From: a virus
Taxonomy: Duplodnaviria; Caudoviricetes
Length of the DNA: 64,000 bases
IMG/VR virus record: IMGVR_UViG_3300013105_000005
Location: 1-64,000 of that record
Reading direction: 5' to 3' (one strand)
The position numbers and the translations under genes are program-made. Under the pieces are notes generated by a model, which was not told the DNA's origin, did not search any database, and saw only the letters and a list, made by a program, of their open reading frames with translations. Position 1 is the stretch's first letter. Every line of letters begins with the position of its first letter. Below are positions 17,802 through 28,173 of the stretch, piece by piece.

Positions 17802-18464
17802 ATGACCCCTGCCCAACTGCAAACACTCAAAGCCGATCTGGCGGCGAACGTGAATACCGTCAGCATCGGTGGCACGCCCACCGCGATTAACGCGGTCCCG
17901 CACACAGCGGATAACGCGCAGGCGATCGCCGATTGGTACAACCTCGTCGCCGCGCCAGCCTACACGGTCTGGAACAACTCGGTTCCCATCAAGACGATTC
18001 GCGGTCTGGTGAACCTCGCCAATTACACGCCGTCCGATGCGGTTCCCGCGTCTGGCAGCACGGTTCAAATCACCAACGACCAGATGGTTTTCCAAAACCG
18101 GGCGTTGGCGTGTCAGCTTAAACAGGCGAATGCAATTTCGCTGATTCAGGGCGCGGACAGCGTTGATTGCTCACCGCTCCAATTCCGGCAGGATTGCAGT
18201 GATTGCATGACGGCGATTTCCAGCGGCACCGGTGGCGCGCCGCTGAATGCCGGGTGGGGAACATCGGCATCGCCCGGACCCGTGCGAACGGCCATGCAGC
18301 GAACGGCAACCAACGTCGAGAAGCTGTTTGCGGTGCAATCCACGCCAGCGCCCAATGCGGGCAACGTTGGCGCAGACCCTCGGGGCGGAATCACCAATCC
18401 CGACACACTTGTATTTGTCGGGACCATCTCCCTGACTGACGTGCAGAACGCCTGGAACTCCTAA
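17802..18464 (+). CDS. putative virion structural protein
   Basis: TAAGGAG RBS; A/T/N-rich composition. Confidence 0.55.
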   Translation: MTPAQLQTLKADLAANVNTVSIGGTPTAINAVPHTADNAQAIADWYNLVAAPAYTVWNNSVPIKTIRGLVNLANYTPSDAVPASGSTVQITNDQMVFQNRALACQLKQANAISLIQGADSVDCSPLQFRQDCSDCMTAISSGTGGAPLNAGWGTSASPGPVRTAMQRTATNVEKLFAVQSTPAPNAGNVGADPRGGITNPDTLVFVGTISLTDVQNAWNS

Positions 18465-18474
18465 GCCTTAACCC

Positions 18475-18972
18475 ATGAGCACCAGCCTTTATCAAACGCC
18501 CGGCACGCAAGCGGCGATCACGATCACGCTTGCCTCGCTGGCAACCAGCAGTTCGCTCACCGCCGGGCAGGCGTCAACCGTCGTCACGCCAAGCAACTGG
18601 GCCGATGCGCTGGTGAGTGGCGTCATCGAAACTGGTACCAGTCCGACCGGCGGCGAAATCGACGTGTACGTGTGGGCGCAGCAGGACGATACGCCGAATT
18701 ACCCCGACTCGATTACCGGGACCAATGCGGCCAAGTCATTCGCCAGCGCCAACGTGCGCGATGCGGCTTTGGTGCTGGCGCGGACCATCGCCTGCGATAC
18801 CACCAGCAATCAGGCATACCAAGTCAAAGCATTCTCCGTGGCCGCGCTATTCAGCGGCGTGCTTCCGAAACGCTGGGGCATCTGGGTCACACACAGCAGC
18901 GGCGTGAATCTCAACAGCACCGGCGCGAATCACGAGCTCGTCGTTCTTCCCTATACGTGGACGCAGGCCTGA
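18475..18972 (+). CDS. putative virion jelly-roll structural protein
   Basis: Beta-rich, T/S/A-rich. Confidence 0.55.
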   Translation: MSTSLYQTPGTQAAITITLASLATSSSLTAGQASTVVTPSNWADALVSGVIETGTSPTGGEIDVYVWAQQDDTPNYPDSITGTNAAKSFASANVRDAALVLARTIACDTTSNQAYQVKAFSVAALFSGVLPKRWGIWVTHSSGVNLNSTGANHELVVLPYTWTQA

Positions 18973-18975
18973 TAA

Positions 18976-19818
18976 ATGCTTCAGCAGCGGCTCAATCTTG
19001 GCAGTCCGGCAAATCGCTCGCATCCGCTCAATCGCGGGTTGGTTTCGTGGTATATGTCGCTGCCCGCTCAATCGCGCGGCCTGAACGTCAGAGACCTTTT
19101 TTCGCACAACCTTGGCACGCTCACAGCATCCGCTACGTGGACAAATCGGCATCAGGCGGGCGGGTATGGCTCTTGGACATTTGGCGCATCCGGCCAGCGC
19201 ATTGCGATTACCGAGAGCAATTCATCTCTACAATTTGCCGACACCCTTACCCTATCGGCTTGGGTACGACTCGATACAGGCACATCGTTCGCGCAGCCGT
19301 GCGGGTATTGCCAGCCGAGCGGCAGCACCGGAGGGTATGGCTTCTACATCCTGACCGGAATCAATTTCTTTTGCAGCGTCTACAACGGCTCATACTCGAC
19401 TTTCTCGACATTCACCGCAGATAGCAAGTGGCATCATATCGTCGGCACCTACAACCGGCTGGCGAGCGTGCTGGATATTTATGTCGATGGCGTTAAAGGT
19501 GTCGCTGGAATCGGCTCTTCGATCCCCGGCGCTTCGCTTAGCTATACATCCTGCATCCCCGCCATCAGCTCTCAGGGCGGCGGGTTCGCTTCGTGGCCCG
19601 GCGCTGTGGATGACGTTCGCTTCTACAATCGCTCACTTTCCGCCAGCGAAATCTGGGCACTCTACGACCAATCCCGCCGTGGCTACCCCGAGGCTTTGAA
19701 CTGGATTCGCACGCCGGGGATGCTGGCGCAGGCGGCGGGAGCACCAGCTTCGACCCTGTTCCGCCGCAGTCTTTATCGCCGCTCCGGTTCGCGGGGGGTG
19801 ATGAATGCCGCAGCTTAA
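18976..19818 (+). CDS. LamG-like/concanavalin A jelly-roll protein
   Basis: LTLSAWVR...KWHHIVGTYN...IYVDGV...GAVDDVRFYNRSLSASEIWALY. Confidence 0.85.
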   Translation: MLQQRLNLGSPANRSHPLNRGLVSWYMSLPAQSRGLNVRDLFSHNLGTLTASATWTNRHQAGGYGSWTFGASGQRIAITESNSSLQFADTLTLSAWVRLDTGTSFAQPCGYCQPSGSTGGYGFYILTGINFFCSVYNGSYSTFSTFTADSKWHHIVGTYNRLASVLDIYVDGVKGVAGIGSSIPGASLSYTSCIPAISSQGGGFASWPGAVDDVRFYNRSLSASEIWALYDQSRRGYPEALNWIRTPGMLAQAAGAPASTLFRRSLYRRSGSRGVMNAAA

Positions 19819-22738
19819 GCAATCTTCAACCGCGCAGCCGCTGGTTTTCCTGCTGGTATTGACCAGCGATCATATCAGCGGCGCGACCGGATTGACGCCG
19901 ACCGTCACCCTCAGCAAAAACGGTGGCGCGTTCGCCTCGCCGTCTGGGGCGGTGACTGAAATATCCGCGGGTTGGTACAAGGTTGCGGGCAACGCGACGG
20001 ATACGAACACGCTTGGACCGCTGCTCTTGCATGCGACTGGCACGGGCGCGGACCCAGTTGACCTGTATTATGATGTGGTGGCTTACGATCCGCAGGATGC
20101 AGTGGCCCTCGGCCTTTCGATGGTGCCGACGAACGTCAAGCAGATCAACGCGGTGGCCACAACAAGCGTTACCACCGTCAACGCCAATCAGGGCACGACC
20201 CAGCCGCTCAACTTCACGGACACAGGCGCATCGGCGCTGGTCAAGGGCGATGCGATTGACGTTGGCAGCGTGGCACAAACGGGCCGCGACCTTGGCGCAT
20301 CGGTGCTGCTCAGCGCGGGGACGGGGACGGGGCAACTGGACTTCACGAGCGGCGTGGTCAAGAGCAGCCTCGTGCAAATCCTGGGCACGGCACTCACCGA
20401 AACCGCAGGGCAAATCGCAGCCGCGTTCAAGAAATTCTTCAACATCGCCACTCCGGCGAGCACGATGGATCATTTGACGTTGCTGGATACGGTGACAACC
20501 TACACGGGGAACACGCCGCAGACCGGCGATGGGTATGCGATTGTCAACAGTGGCAGCTTTGGAAATTCGGCACTGCTATCTGTGATCCAGAACGTCCAAA
20601 ACAATACGTTCATCGCGACCTCGATCCCGTATACGTTGGAGCGCCCTGACAGCTCAAGCACTTCCATTTCGATCTCGATTGTTTTCTCGGATGAAACTGG
20701 TGCCGCAAAGAATCTGGATAGCGGAAGTCCGTCAATCACCCTGGTTAACGACGCCGGCACAGACCGCAGCGGACGGCTTGGATCAATCACTAACCCCGCG
20801 ACTGGCAAGTACGTCGTTGCCTATACGAATACCTCCACCGACACAATTGAGGGTCTGCATTGGGACATCACAGGCACTATCAACAGCAAGTTGCGGCGAA
20901 TGGTGGCGTACACGCAGATAGTCGATACAACTGCGGTCGATTTCACTAGCAGCGATCGAACGAACCTGAATTCTGTTCTTTCGACTGTGACTACAAATCT
21001 CGATACTAATGTGGGTAGCCGTGCCAGCCCGACGAACATCACCGGCGGCACGATTACGACCGTCACCAATCTGACCAATGCCCCGACCAATGGCGATTTC
21101 ACGGCGACAATGAAAACGTCGCTCAACGCGGCAACGCCTGTGGCTCGCGAGGCGATCAATTACAGCATCTGCTACGTGGATGCGACCAATGGCAATGACT
21201 CCAACGATGGCCTGACCTGGGCCAAAGCATTCAAGACTCTGAACGCGGCATTTCTCACGGCTGCCGTGAACTATGCTACCGTGGTACGGCTTGCCCCCGG
21301 CACTTATACCGTCGGCAACTGGTCGGACATGCCCGCTTATACGGGCATCACCTTGCAAGGTCCGCCCGACCGATCCGCAGTCCTCACCGGCAGCGTCAAC
21401 CTTGCCAACAACGGCGTGCTCTATCCGCAGGCGGGATGGGTACTGCGCGATGTGACTGTTACCAACACCAACGCTGGAAGCTCGGCCTCCCCGCTCAACA
21501 CGATCGCCATCTACATGACCGGCATCAACGATGTGACCTTCGAGCGGGTGACGATTGCCGCAACCGGAGGCGTCGGAATCTTTGCGAACAATTGCCAGCG
21601 ATTGAAGATGATTGATGTGCAGGCATCGGGGATGCAGAACGGAATGCGCCTTGTCGGCTGCAACGGCTGGTTGATTCGCCCGCGATGCACGGTCACTAAC
21701 GGCTGGAACGGCAGCATTCCGTTGAGTATCAACAACAGCGGGGCACAGAACACCGAGCGCGAAATGATGCTGGTGGAGAATGTGCAGGCCATCAACGAAA
21801 TCAACGTGCGCAATGCCACCACGGACGCGGCAACCCTGATTTACGGCGCCGAAGCATCCGGCTCAATGAACGTGCAATTCAGGGGTGGGCATATCCTGTG
21901 TCGGCGGCTGATTGCCCCAACCACGGGTACGGCGGATTGCCAGGGATTGATAGAGAGCGAAGGCGGCAAGATTACGCTGTCGGATGGTGTGCTGATTGAT
22001 GCTTATTCCATCGCGCCGGGGGCATCGACGTACGATATCAACACGGATGATAGCAGCGTGACGGATGGGCATGTGTATGCCGAGGTGGCCTATTTCACGA
22101 CGACAACCGGGAGCCGGGCGATTGAGTATGCGCCGACGAGTTTTAACCCCACGGCAAATTCCAGCGTCGCCACGACCCTTGCCCGCATCGGCACGCCGGC
22201 GGTGAGCGTGTCGGCGGATATCGCGACACGATTGGCCGCAAGTGCATACACCGCACCGGACAACGCGAATATCGGCGTTGCTGCGACTCAGGCGACCACG
22301 GCCGCGACCAATACGGGCACAATCCTCAACCGGCTTGGCGCGTGGACGGGCACGGGAATCAACAACGTGCTGGGCGCGTTCCGTGCTGCACTCAACAAGC
22401 TGGCGGGCCTGACTCCAACCGATCTGACAGCGGGCGGCGGCACGTTCGACAACACCGAAGATTCCCTCGAAGCGCAACACGATGCAGGCGCATCGGTCAC
22501 GGTCGCCGGGTACGCACCAGGTCAAGACCCGGCAACGCTGGTGCTCGACGTGGCGGCATCCGGCCACAACACGGCGGGAACAATCGGCGCAAAGATCAAC
22601 GCATCTGGCGCGTCGGGCGACCCGCTCGCGAACGACGTGCCTGGAGCTTATGCGCCGGGGACCGCAGGCTACAAGATTGGCCATTCGTCGGACGTGGTAG
22701 AGATCATTCAGCGCAACGAAGTAATCGAGCAAACGTAA
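19805..22738 (+). CDS. large multidomain spike/fibre protein with beta-helix
   Basis: YVDATNGNDSNDGLTWAKAFKT beta-helix cap, Ig-like segments, T/A-rich repeats. Confidence 0.7.
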   Translation: MPQLKQSSTAQPLVFLLVLTSDHISGATGLTPTVTLSKNGGAFASPSGAVTEISAGWYKVAGNATDTNTLGPLLLHATGTGADPVDLYYDVVAYDPQDAVALGLSMVPTNVKQINAVATTSVTTVNANQGTTQPLNFTDTGASALVKGDAIDVGSVAQTGRDLGASVLLSAGTGTGQLDFTSGVVKSSLVQILGTALTETAGQIAAAFKKFFNIATPASTMDHLTLLDTVTTYTGNTPQTGDGYAIVNSGSFGNSALLSVIQNVQNNTFIATSIPYTLERPDSSSTSISISIVFSDETGAAKNLDSGSPSITLVNDAGTDRSGRLGSITNPATGKYVVAYTNTSTDTIEGLHWDITGTINSKLRRMVAYTQIVDTTAVDFTSSDRTNLNSVLSTVTTNLDTNVGSRASPTNITGGTITTVTNLTNAPTNGDFTATMKTSLNAATPVAREAINYSICYVDATNGNDSNDGLTWAKAFKTLNAAFLTAAVNYATVVRLAPGTYTVGNWSDMPAYTGITLQGPPDRSAVLTGSVNLANNGVLYPQAGWVLRDVTVTNTNAGSSASPLNTIAIYMTGINDVTFERVTIAATGGVGIFANNCQRLKMIDVQASGMQNGMRLVGCNGWLIRPRCTVTNGWNGSIPLSINNSGAQNTEREMMLVENVQAINEINVRNATTDAATLIYGAEASGSMNVQFRGGHILCRRLIAPTTGTADCQGLIESEGGKITLSDGVLIDAYSIAPGASTYDINTDDSSVTDGHVYAEVAYFTTTTGSRAIEYAPTSFNPTANSSVATTLARIGTPAVSVSADIATRLAASAYTAPDNANIGVAATQATTAATNTGTILNRLGAWTGTGINNVLGAFRAALNKLAGLTPTDLTAGGGTFDNTEDSLEAQHDAGASVTVAGYAPGQDPATLVLDVAASGHNTAGTIGAKINASGASGDPLANDVPGAYAPGTAGYKIGHSSDVVEIIQRNEVIEQT

Positions 22739-23476
22739 GTGGCGACAGCTACCCTTACATTCCCAAGCCCCTTCCCGACTTCGGTCACGCTAACGGCGCT
22801 GACCCGTACCGACACCGGCGCGACAGTCTCTGGAAGCGTCACGCCCAACGGCAATGGCGTCTACACCATCAGCGTCACAGAGCCTGCCGCCGGTCTGGTC
22901 TATGCCTTCTCGCTGTCTGTGACGTGGGCCGATGGCAGTACAGCCTTCCCTTCTGGAACGATACAGGGGACCGCACCACTCGCTGGCATCTACGGCGACC
23001 TGTCAGATATCGACGCAGAGATGGGTGAATTCAATCGCGGCGTTGCCGCTGATCCCGACCAGAGCGGTTCGACTCAGATCATTACCCAACACGAGCAAAA
23101 GGCGATTAACTTTGCCGACGCCTTTATCAACACGCGATTGTCCAACGCTGGCATGCCTACGCCGATGACGACCAATCTCGATATTCTGCGCATCATCTTC
23201 GGCAAGTTGGGTGCATGGCAGCTTTATCGCATTCGCGGCTTGCAGGACGGCGACAAGGGCGACGACAAATTCGCCGAAAAATACAACTGGGCTGAGCGAG
23301 AGTTGATGCGGCTGATTCGCGCCGCATTCATCAACGGAACGATCGGCAGCACCGGTATTCCGCAGTCAATCGCTCCGACGGTCGATGTGTACGGCAACCC
23401 GCTGGTGACCACGCTTACACCGCTGCCGCGTCAGTTGTTCCCGCTGGGATGGAATGCGTGGGGATTCGCTTGGTAG
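22739..23476 (+). CDS. Mu gp36-like (DUF1320) head-tail adaptor with N-terminal Ig-like extension
   Basis: AINFADAFINTRL...LRIIFGKLGAWQLY...KYNWAERELMRL. Confidence 0.6.
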   Translation: MATATLTFPSPFPTSVTLTALTRTDTGATVSGSVTPNGNGVYTISVTEPAAGLVYAFSLSVTWADGSTAFPSGTIQGTAPLAGIYGDLSDIDAEMGEFNRGVAADPDQSGSTQIITQHEQKAINFADAFINTRLSNAGMPTPMTTNLDILRIIFGKLGAWQLYRIRGLQDGDKGDDKFAEKYNWAERELMRLIRAAFINGTIGSTGIPQSIAPTVDVYGNPLVTTLTPLPRQLFPLGWNAWGFAW

Positions 23477-23488
23477 TAAGGCTGTCAT

Positions 23489-24061
23489 GTGGCAAAGCAA
23501 AAGAACAAAGGTGGAAGACCGCGCAAGGAAATACCGGAAGCGGTACGCAAGATCATTCTTGGCTTGATAGGTGCGGGCGACAGCGATAATCGAGTCCAGA
23601 AAATTACCCACGTACAGCCTCGTGAATGGAAGCGTCTTGCGGCAGAGAACGAGGGTTTTGCAGAGCTATTAGATAGGGCCGAGGAACAACGTGACGGTGG
23701 ACTCGCGAATACACTTCGCGAGTCGATGATTAACCAGATTAAAAAGGGTCATCCGTGGTGGGCCAAACTGGCTATCCACAATTACAACGTCTTGCTCAAA
23801 GACCCGGACGTAATCGGGGCTGCGAAGGTCAAGAAGTTACTCGAACAAGCCAAGCAGCATGATGACCCATCCGCCTACGTTGAAACTAACCCGTCGCTGG
23901 CTGCCGTTGCGTTTCCACCCGGAGCAATGCCGTCTGGAGGAATCGGACGCCCGATTCAAAATAGTCCCAGCGGGACGGCGCAGCGGGAAAACGGAAATAG
24001 CCAAGCGGATGCTGGTAAAAAAGCTTTGGGAGATGAAAACCACGAGCCGCCCGTGGAGTGA
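23489..24061 (+). CDS. terS: terminase small subunit (putative)
   Basis: GGRPRK plus N-terminal HTH; directly upstream of terL. Confidence 0.6.
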   Translation: MAKQKNKGGRPRKEIPEAVRKIILGLIGAGDSDNRVQKITHVQPREWKRLAAENEGFAELLDRAEEQRDGGLANTLRESMINQIKKGHPWWAKLAIHNYNVLLKDPDVIGAAKVKKLLEQAKQHDDPSAYVETNPSLAAVAFPPGAMPSGGIGRPIQNSPSGTAQRENGNSQADAGKKALGDENHEPPVE

Positions 24062-25172
24062 TCCGCGATACTTTGCAGCAGCGCCGACGCGAGATCAGGC
24101 CAAGCGAATCTTCTGGAGCGATCTAAAGCGATTGGTGCCGCCGTATTGGAAACTCTCCACCTGCGAAACAGACCTGCGCATCACAACCAAATGGGGTGCG
24201 GAACTTTGGGTAGTCGGCCTCGACAAAGCCGAGCGCGTCGAGGGTACGCCGTGGGATGGATGCGTGATAGACGAGTTGGCCAACTGCAAGTCGGGAATTT
24301 GGGATGCCAACATTCGCCCCGCGCTGTCAGACCGGAAGGGATGGGCCTGGCTGATTGGCGTGCCGGATTTCGACGGGCCAAGTCAGGTTGAGTACGCTCG
24401 AATGTACGACATGGCACGCACTGGCCAAGACCCGGAATGGGCTGGTTTTAATTGGGGATCGGCCGACATTCTCCCGGCGTCTGAGGTGGAATCGGCTCGT
24501 CGCACGATGGATGCAACTCTGTTTGACCAGGAGTTCGGCGGAGTCTTTGTAAAACCCGGTGGCTTAGCATTCATGGACTTTGATTCGGCAACCCACGTGC
24601 GCGACGATATCGCAACCTACGATCCGAGTCTCCCGCTGTGCTGGTCACTGGATTTCAACGTAGACCCGTTCTGCACTGGCGTCATTCAGCATCACCAAGG
24701 CAAAGTGCGTGTAATCGCCGAAGTCATTACCCGCGACAGCAGCACGCCGGTCATGGTCAATGCCTTCCTCGAACGGGCGCAGCACGAGGGTTGGAACCTG
24801 CGGGACCTGAGAATATACGGTGATGCAACCGGCAACGCCCGTGATACAACCAGCGGAGAATCGGACTGGGCAATCGTACGGCGAATGCTCCGTGAGTACG
24901 AGCCAAAGTACAAGGTTCCCGTTTCTCCGTGGCCAATTAAGGATACGCTCAATAGTGTGCGCGCAAAGCTGAAGAATGCCGCTGGGGAAGTAAGCCTCTG
25001 GATCAATTCGTCTTGCCGCCAGCTCATCGCAGACTTCGGAAACCTTTTGTGGCCGTCCGATCTTTCCGAAGGTCATTGCGTGGCGTGGCTGCGATATTTC
25101 TCGCAATGGGAATATCCGGTTCGCGTGATTCATCGTGCCCCTCTGTTCGGCGGCTCCGCACTCGCCAGTTAA
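23859..25172 (+). CDS. terL: terminase large subunit
   Basis: AGRRSGKT Walker A, YFAAAPT, CVIDE Walker B, LDFN and GDATG nuclease motifs. Confidence 0.92.
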   Translation: MMTHPPTLKLTRRWLPLRFHPEQCRLEESDARFKIVPAGRRSGKTEIAKRMLVKKLWEMKTTSRPWSDPRYFAAAPTRDQAKRIFWSDLKRLVPPYWKLSTCETDLRITTKWGAELWVVGLDKAERVEGTPWDGCVIDELANCKSGIWDANIRPALSDRKGWAWLIGVPDFDGPSQVEYARMYDMARTGQDPEWAGFNWGSADILPASEVESARRTMDATLFDQEFGGVFVKPGGLAFMDFDSATHVRDDIATYDPSLPLCWSLDFNVDPFCTGVIQHHQGKVRVIAEVITRDSSTPVMVNAFLERAQHEGWNLRDLRIYGDATGNARDTTSGESDWAIVRRMLREYEPKYKVPVSPWPIKDTLNSVRAKLKNAAGEVSLWINSSCRQLIADFGNLLWPSDLSEGHCVAWLRYFSQWEYPVRVIHRAPLFGGSALAS

Positions 25173-25175
25173 TCC

Positions 25176-26720
25176 ATGTCCTCGTTTAGTTGGTACAACC
25201 CGCTCACCTGGGGCTACGGCTGGATAAACGCCGCCGCCACGGTAGACCAGCCTGCGCCACAGTCACCCGTCAAGCAGGGCGAGTCCGACCCGCTCAAGAG
25301 GACGCCCTACTACTTCGGCGCTGGCGGCGTCGGGGTGCTCGGTCAGTTCCCGCCGTACGTCGATGCACCGCCTCTGACGGACAACACGATGCGGGCCATG
25401 TCGATGCATTCGACACTCGCATTCCTGTTTGCAAACATCGTTAAGCCGATCAGTGCATCGACCTATACCGTCGAGGTCAACCCGGCGATGGCCGAAAAAC
25501 CGGGCATGGCCGAGAAACTGGAGAAGCGCAAGAAGTATATCGAGGCGGCATTCAAGCCGATTACAATGGGGGCGATTCGCTCGGCATGCCGCGCTCTGCA
25601 ATTTGGCCGCTGGACACAGGAGAGTATTTTCGATCGGGTCGATGGCTTCACCGTGCCGGTTCGCTTCAAGAGCTTTCTTCCGTGGGAAGTGCAGTTGCTT
25701 CGCGATCCCTACAACGACTTTGCCGGTGTCCGCTACCAAGGGACCGAGCGCGATGCGCGGTACATCTACCATCACGTCAATGACCCTGAGATGGACCCGA
25801 TCTTCGGCTACTCGCGGCACGGTAACGTCCTGCCGGAGTGGTGGCACAAGTTGCAGGATGCCGTTGAGCTTTCGCGATTGAGCAAAAAGGCCGCAAGCAT
25901 CGTCCCGATCGTCAAAGGTCCGAGCGGCAAACGCCCCGACGTAGATGGTTCGATGAAAGACGGGCTGACCATCTGTAAGGGCATTGCCGCCGCATTGTCG
26001 CGAGGCGAACCTGTCTACATGCCGCAGTATCTGTTCGAGGAAGAGGGCATTAATCCGAGCAATGCGGACATCACCAAGTTCACCGCCTTCGACATCGACA
26101 CGGTTGACCTAGGGGAACAGGGACCGGCGATGATGGCGCTGTTGGAGAAGATGGCATACGAGGACGTGTCATTCTCTCGCGGCTGGCACCAGCCCGAGCG
26201 TGCCAGCATGGAAGGCCAGCACGGCACGAAGGCTGAGGCGGGCGTACATAAAGCGGGGAGCACGGAAGATTCAGAGACGGTCTTCCGTGATATCATCGAC
26301 TCATTCAATCGCGGCCCGCTTGACCAGACGCTGATTGCCAACGACGGACCCGAGGCAAAAGGATCAATCTTCTTCAAGGCCGCTCAGCTTCAAGACCCCG
26401 ACAAAGCGTTCAAGCAGGATCTGCTCAAGGCGGGCATCACGAATGCGAACGCCGCACCGGAGATTCTGGCGAGCATCGACCAGCGGAAACTCATGGATGA
26501 AGCGGAATTGCCGCTGAAGTCAGAGGAGGACGCGGACGCCGCGCTCGAGGAAATCCAGCAGAAGAACGAGGCGCAACAACAGCAGAAGCTTGAGGCGATG
26601 AGGCGGGCGAATGGGAACGGATCTCCCAACGGCAAGAAGCCAGCGATAGCCGCATCGGCGGACGGGCGTTACACTGCGCTGGCGAGCAGGCTGGCGCGGT
26701 ATCTGGACGATGACGAATGA
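25176..26720 (+). CDS. portal protein (Mu gp29/DUF935-like)
   Basis: Position after terL; ALQFGRWTQE, DPIFGYSR, GTKAEAGVH patterns. Confidence 0.75.
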   Translation: MSSFSWYNPLTWGYGWINAAATVDQPAPQSPVKQGESDPLKRTPYYFGAGGVGVLGQFPPYVDAPPLTDNTMRAMSMHSTLAFLFANIVKPISASTYTVEVNPAMAEKPGMAEKLEKRKKYIEAAFKPITMGAIRSACRALQFGRWTQESIFDRVDGFTVPVRFKSFLPWEVQLLRDPYNDFAGVRYQGTERDARYIYHHVNDPEMDPIFGYSRHGNVLPEWWHKLQDAVELSRLSKKAASIVPIVKGPSGKRPDVDGSMKDGLTICKGIAAALSRGEPVYMPQYLFEEEGINPSNADITKFTAFDIDTVDLGEQGPAMMALLEKMAYEDVSFSRGWHQPERASMEGQHGTKAEAGVHKAGSTEDSETVFRDIIDSFNRGPLDQTLIANDGPEAKGSIFFKAAQLQDPDKAFKQDLLKAGITNANAAPEILASIDQRKLMDEAELPLKSEEDADAALEEIQQKNEAQQQQKLEAMRRANGNGSPNGKKPAIAASADGRYTALASRLARYLDDDE

Positions 26721-26959
26721 ACCAAAAAATAGAACCAACCTTGCGAGGACGTACCCGCGACGATCTGGTTGCTGAGTGCGCACGGATTCTCAGTTGTGAT
26801 TCATGGGATGATAATTCCGTGATGAACGCCGCCGAACGCTTGGCAGACTTGTTGCGCGAGATTTCTGGCAACACTGGACAAGTTCGCGACGGCGAAACCA
26901 GCGACGAACGCAAGCAGCGTGTTTGGCAAATAGCCGTACAACACGGTCAACAGATATGA
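26717..26959 (+). CDS. hypothetical protein
   Basis: ATGA coupling. Confidence 0.5.
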   Translation: MNQKIEPTLRGRTRDDLVAECARILSCDSWDDNSVMNAAERLADLLREISGNTGQVRDGETSDERKQRVWQIAVQHGQQI

Positions 26960-27339
26960 CGCACGCGACCAAGCCACGCAACGAACGCGCACGCGGCACC
27001 ACCGATGAGAATATAGTCGCACTGGTCGAGTCGGCGCGCCGTTTTGTTCACGCCGCCGATGAGTTCATGCCGGAATGCCGTGAAGCGGTTGGCGAGTATC
27101 TTTCGGAACTGATTGACGACGTTGACCATCTTGGGGACGCATTAGAAGCGAGCGAACACGCTATCACCGCAACAGAAATGTCGGACCAGCAGAGAAAAGA
27201 AGATGCACTGCAAATTCTTAAAACAGCCATTCAGCAAATAGAAACTTTGCGGTGCGCAGCAAACGTCTCAGGATATCCCAAAGACGGCGATACAGAACTA
27301 TTTCATTTTTACGATGTTGAGTTGTCGCCAGCAAAATGA
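26956..27339 (+). CDS. hypothetical protein
   Basis: ATGA coupling on both sides. Confidence 0.5.
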   Translation: MTHATKPRNERARGTTDENIVALVESARRFVHAADEFMPECREAVGEYLSELIDDVDHLGDALEASEHAITATEMSDQQRKEDALQILKTAIQQIETLRCAANVSGYPKDGDTELFHFYDVELSPAK

Positions 27340-28172
27340 CCCCCGCCGAACAATTCAACCGCGTTGAACGCGAACGCCGTCAGCGTGAAGCCGAGCTATT
27401 GGCGTTGCTGCTGCTACTGACCACTGGGGCACGTCGCTACGCCGCCAGCGCCATTCGCCACGGTCTGTCACCGACCGAAGCGATTACCCGGCACGTCATG
27501 GGACACGCGCCGCTTGACCTGCGTGGGGCGGCAAGGCCAATCGCCAAGGCCATGCTCGAAGCACACAGCAACGCCGTGAGTCGGGTGGAAAAGCTAGTGA
27601 ATGTGGAATTAAAGTTCTCTCCTGCCGCAGAGCAGCAATTCGTCCGGTACTACGCCAATGCCGCGCAGGAGTACGCCGCGACCATCAACCGCCAATTGGT
27701 CAAGGCTGTCGCTGAAGCACAGCGAATCGGTATCGCCGAAGGGCATAACGTCGTTGAGCAGGTGCGCGATCTTCGCGATGCGTTTGACGCGGCGGGGATG
27801 AGTCCTGACCACCCGCACCGGCTGGATGGGATTGCAACTAAGGCGGTGCTTGAAGCGGATGGAGGAGGGACGGCAGCGGCGATTGAAGAGCCAGAAGCGA
27901 AAGAGCAAATCACGGCATTGACGCATTACTCAGTGATTGACCCTGGCACAACGAAAATCTGCCGGGCGAGGAAGGGAATCACGCTACCGCCAGACGCGGA
28001 GTATTGGACCCGGAATTATCCTATGCTTCACGAAGGATGCAGGTCCGCTGTGCTTCCGAGAATTGGTGCTGTGAAGTTCAAGGAACCGCCTGAGATCCTG
28101 CCCGCGCCGACGCCCGGCTTTGGTGTTGCGCCGTGGGTCACTGGTCTGACGCGGGGGCCGCTGGCGGCATAG
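27336..28172 (+). CDS. head morphogenesis protein (Mu gpF/SPP1 gp7-like)
   Basis: YSVIDPGTTKICRAR...PMLHEGCRS motif. Confidence 0.8.
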   Translation: MTPAEQFNRVERERRQREAELLALLLLLTTGARRYAASAIRHGLSPTEAITRHVMGHAPLDLRGAARPIAKAMLEAHSNAVSRVEKLVNVELKFSPAAEQQFVRYYANAAQEYAATINRQLVKAVAEAQRIGIAEGHNVVEQVRDLRDAFDAAGMSPDHPHRLDGIATKAVLEADGGGTAAAIEEPEAKEQITALTHYSVIDPGTTKICRARKGITLPPDAEYWTRNYPMLHEGCRSAVLPRIGAVKFKEPPEILPAPTPGFGVAPWVTGLTRGPLAA

Positions 28173-28173
28173 G

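Noticed and set aside
16084-22738. Diversity-generating retroelement or shufflon acting on adhesin genes
   Set aside because: No reverse transcriptase, no template/variable repeat pair and no repeated inversion sites seen.
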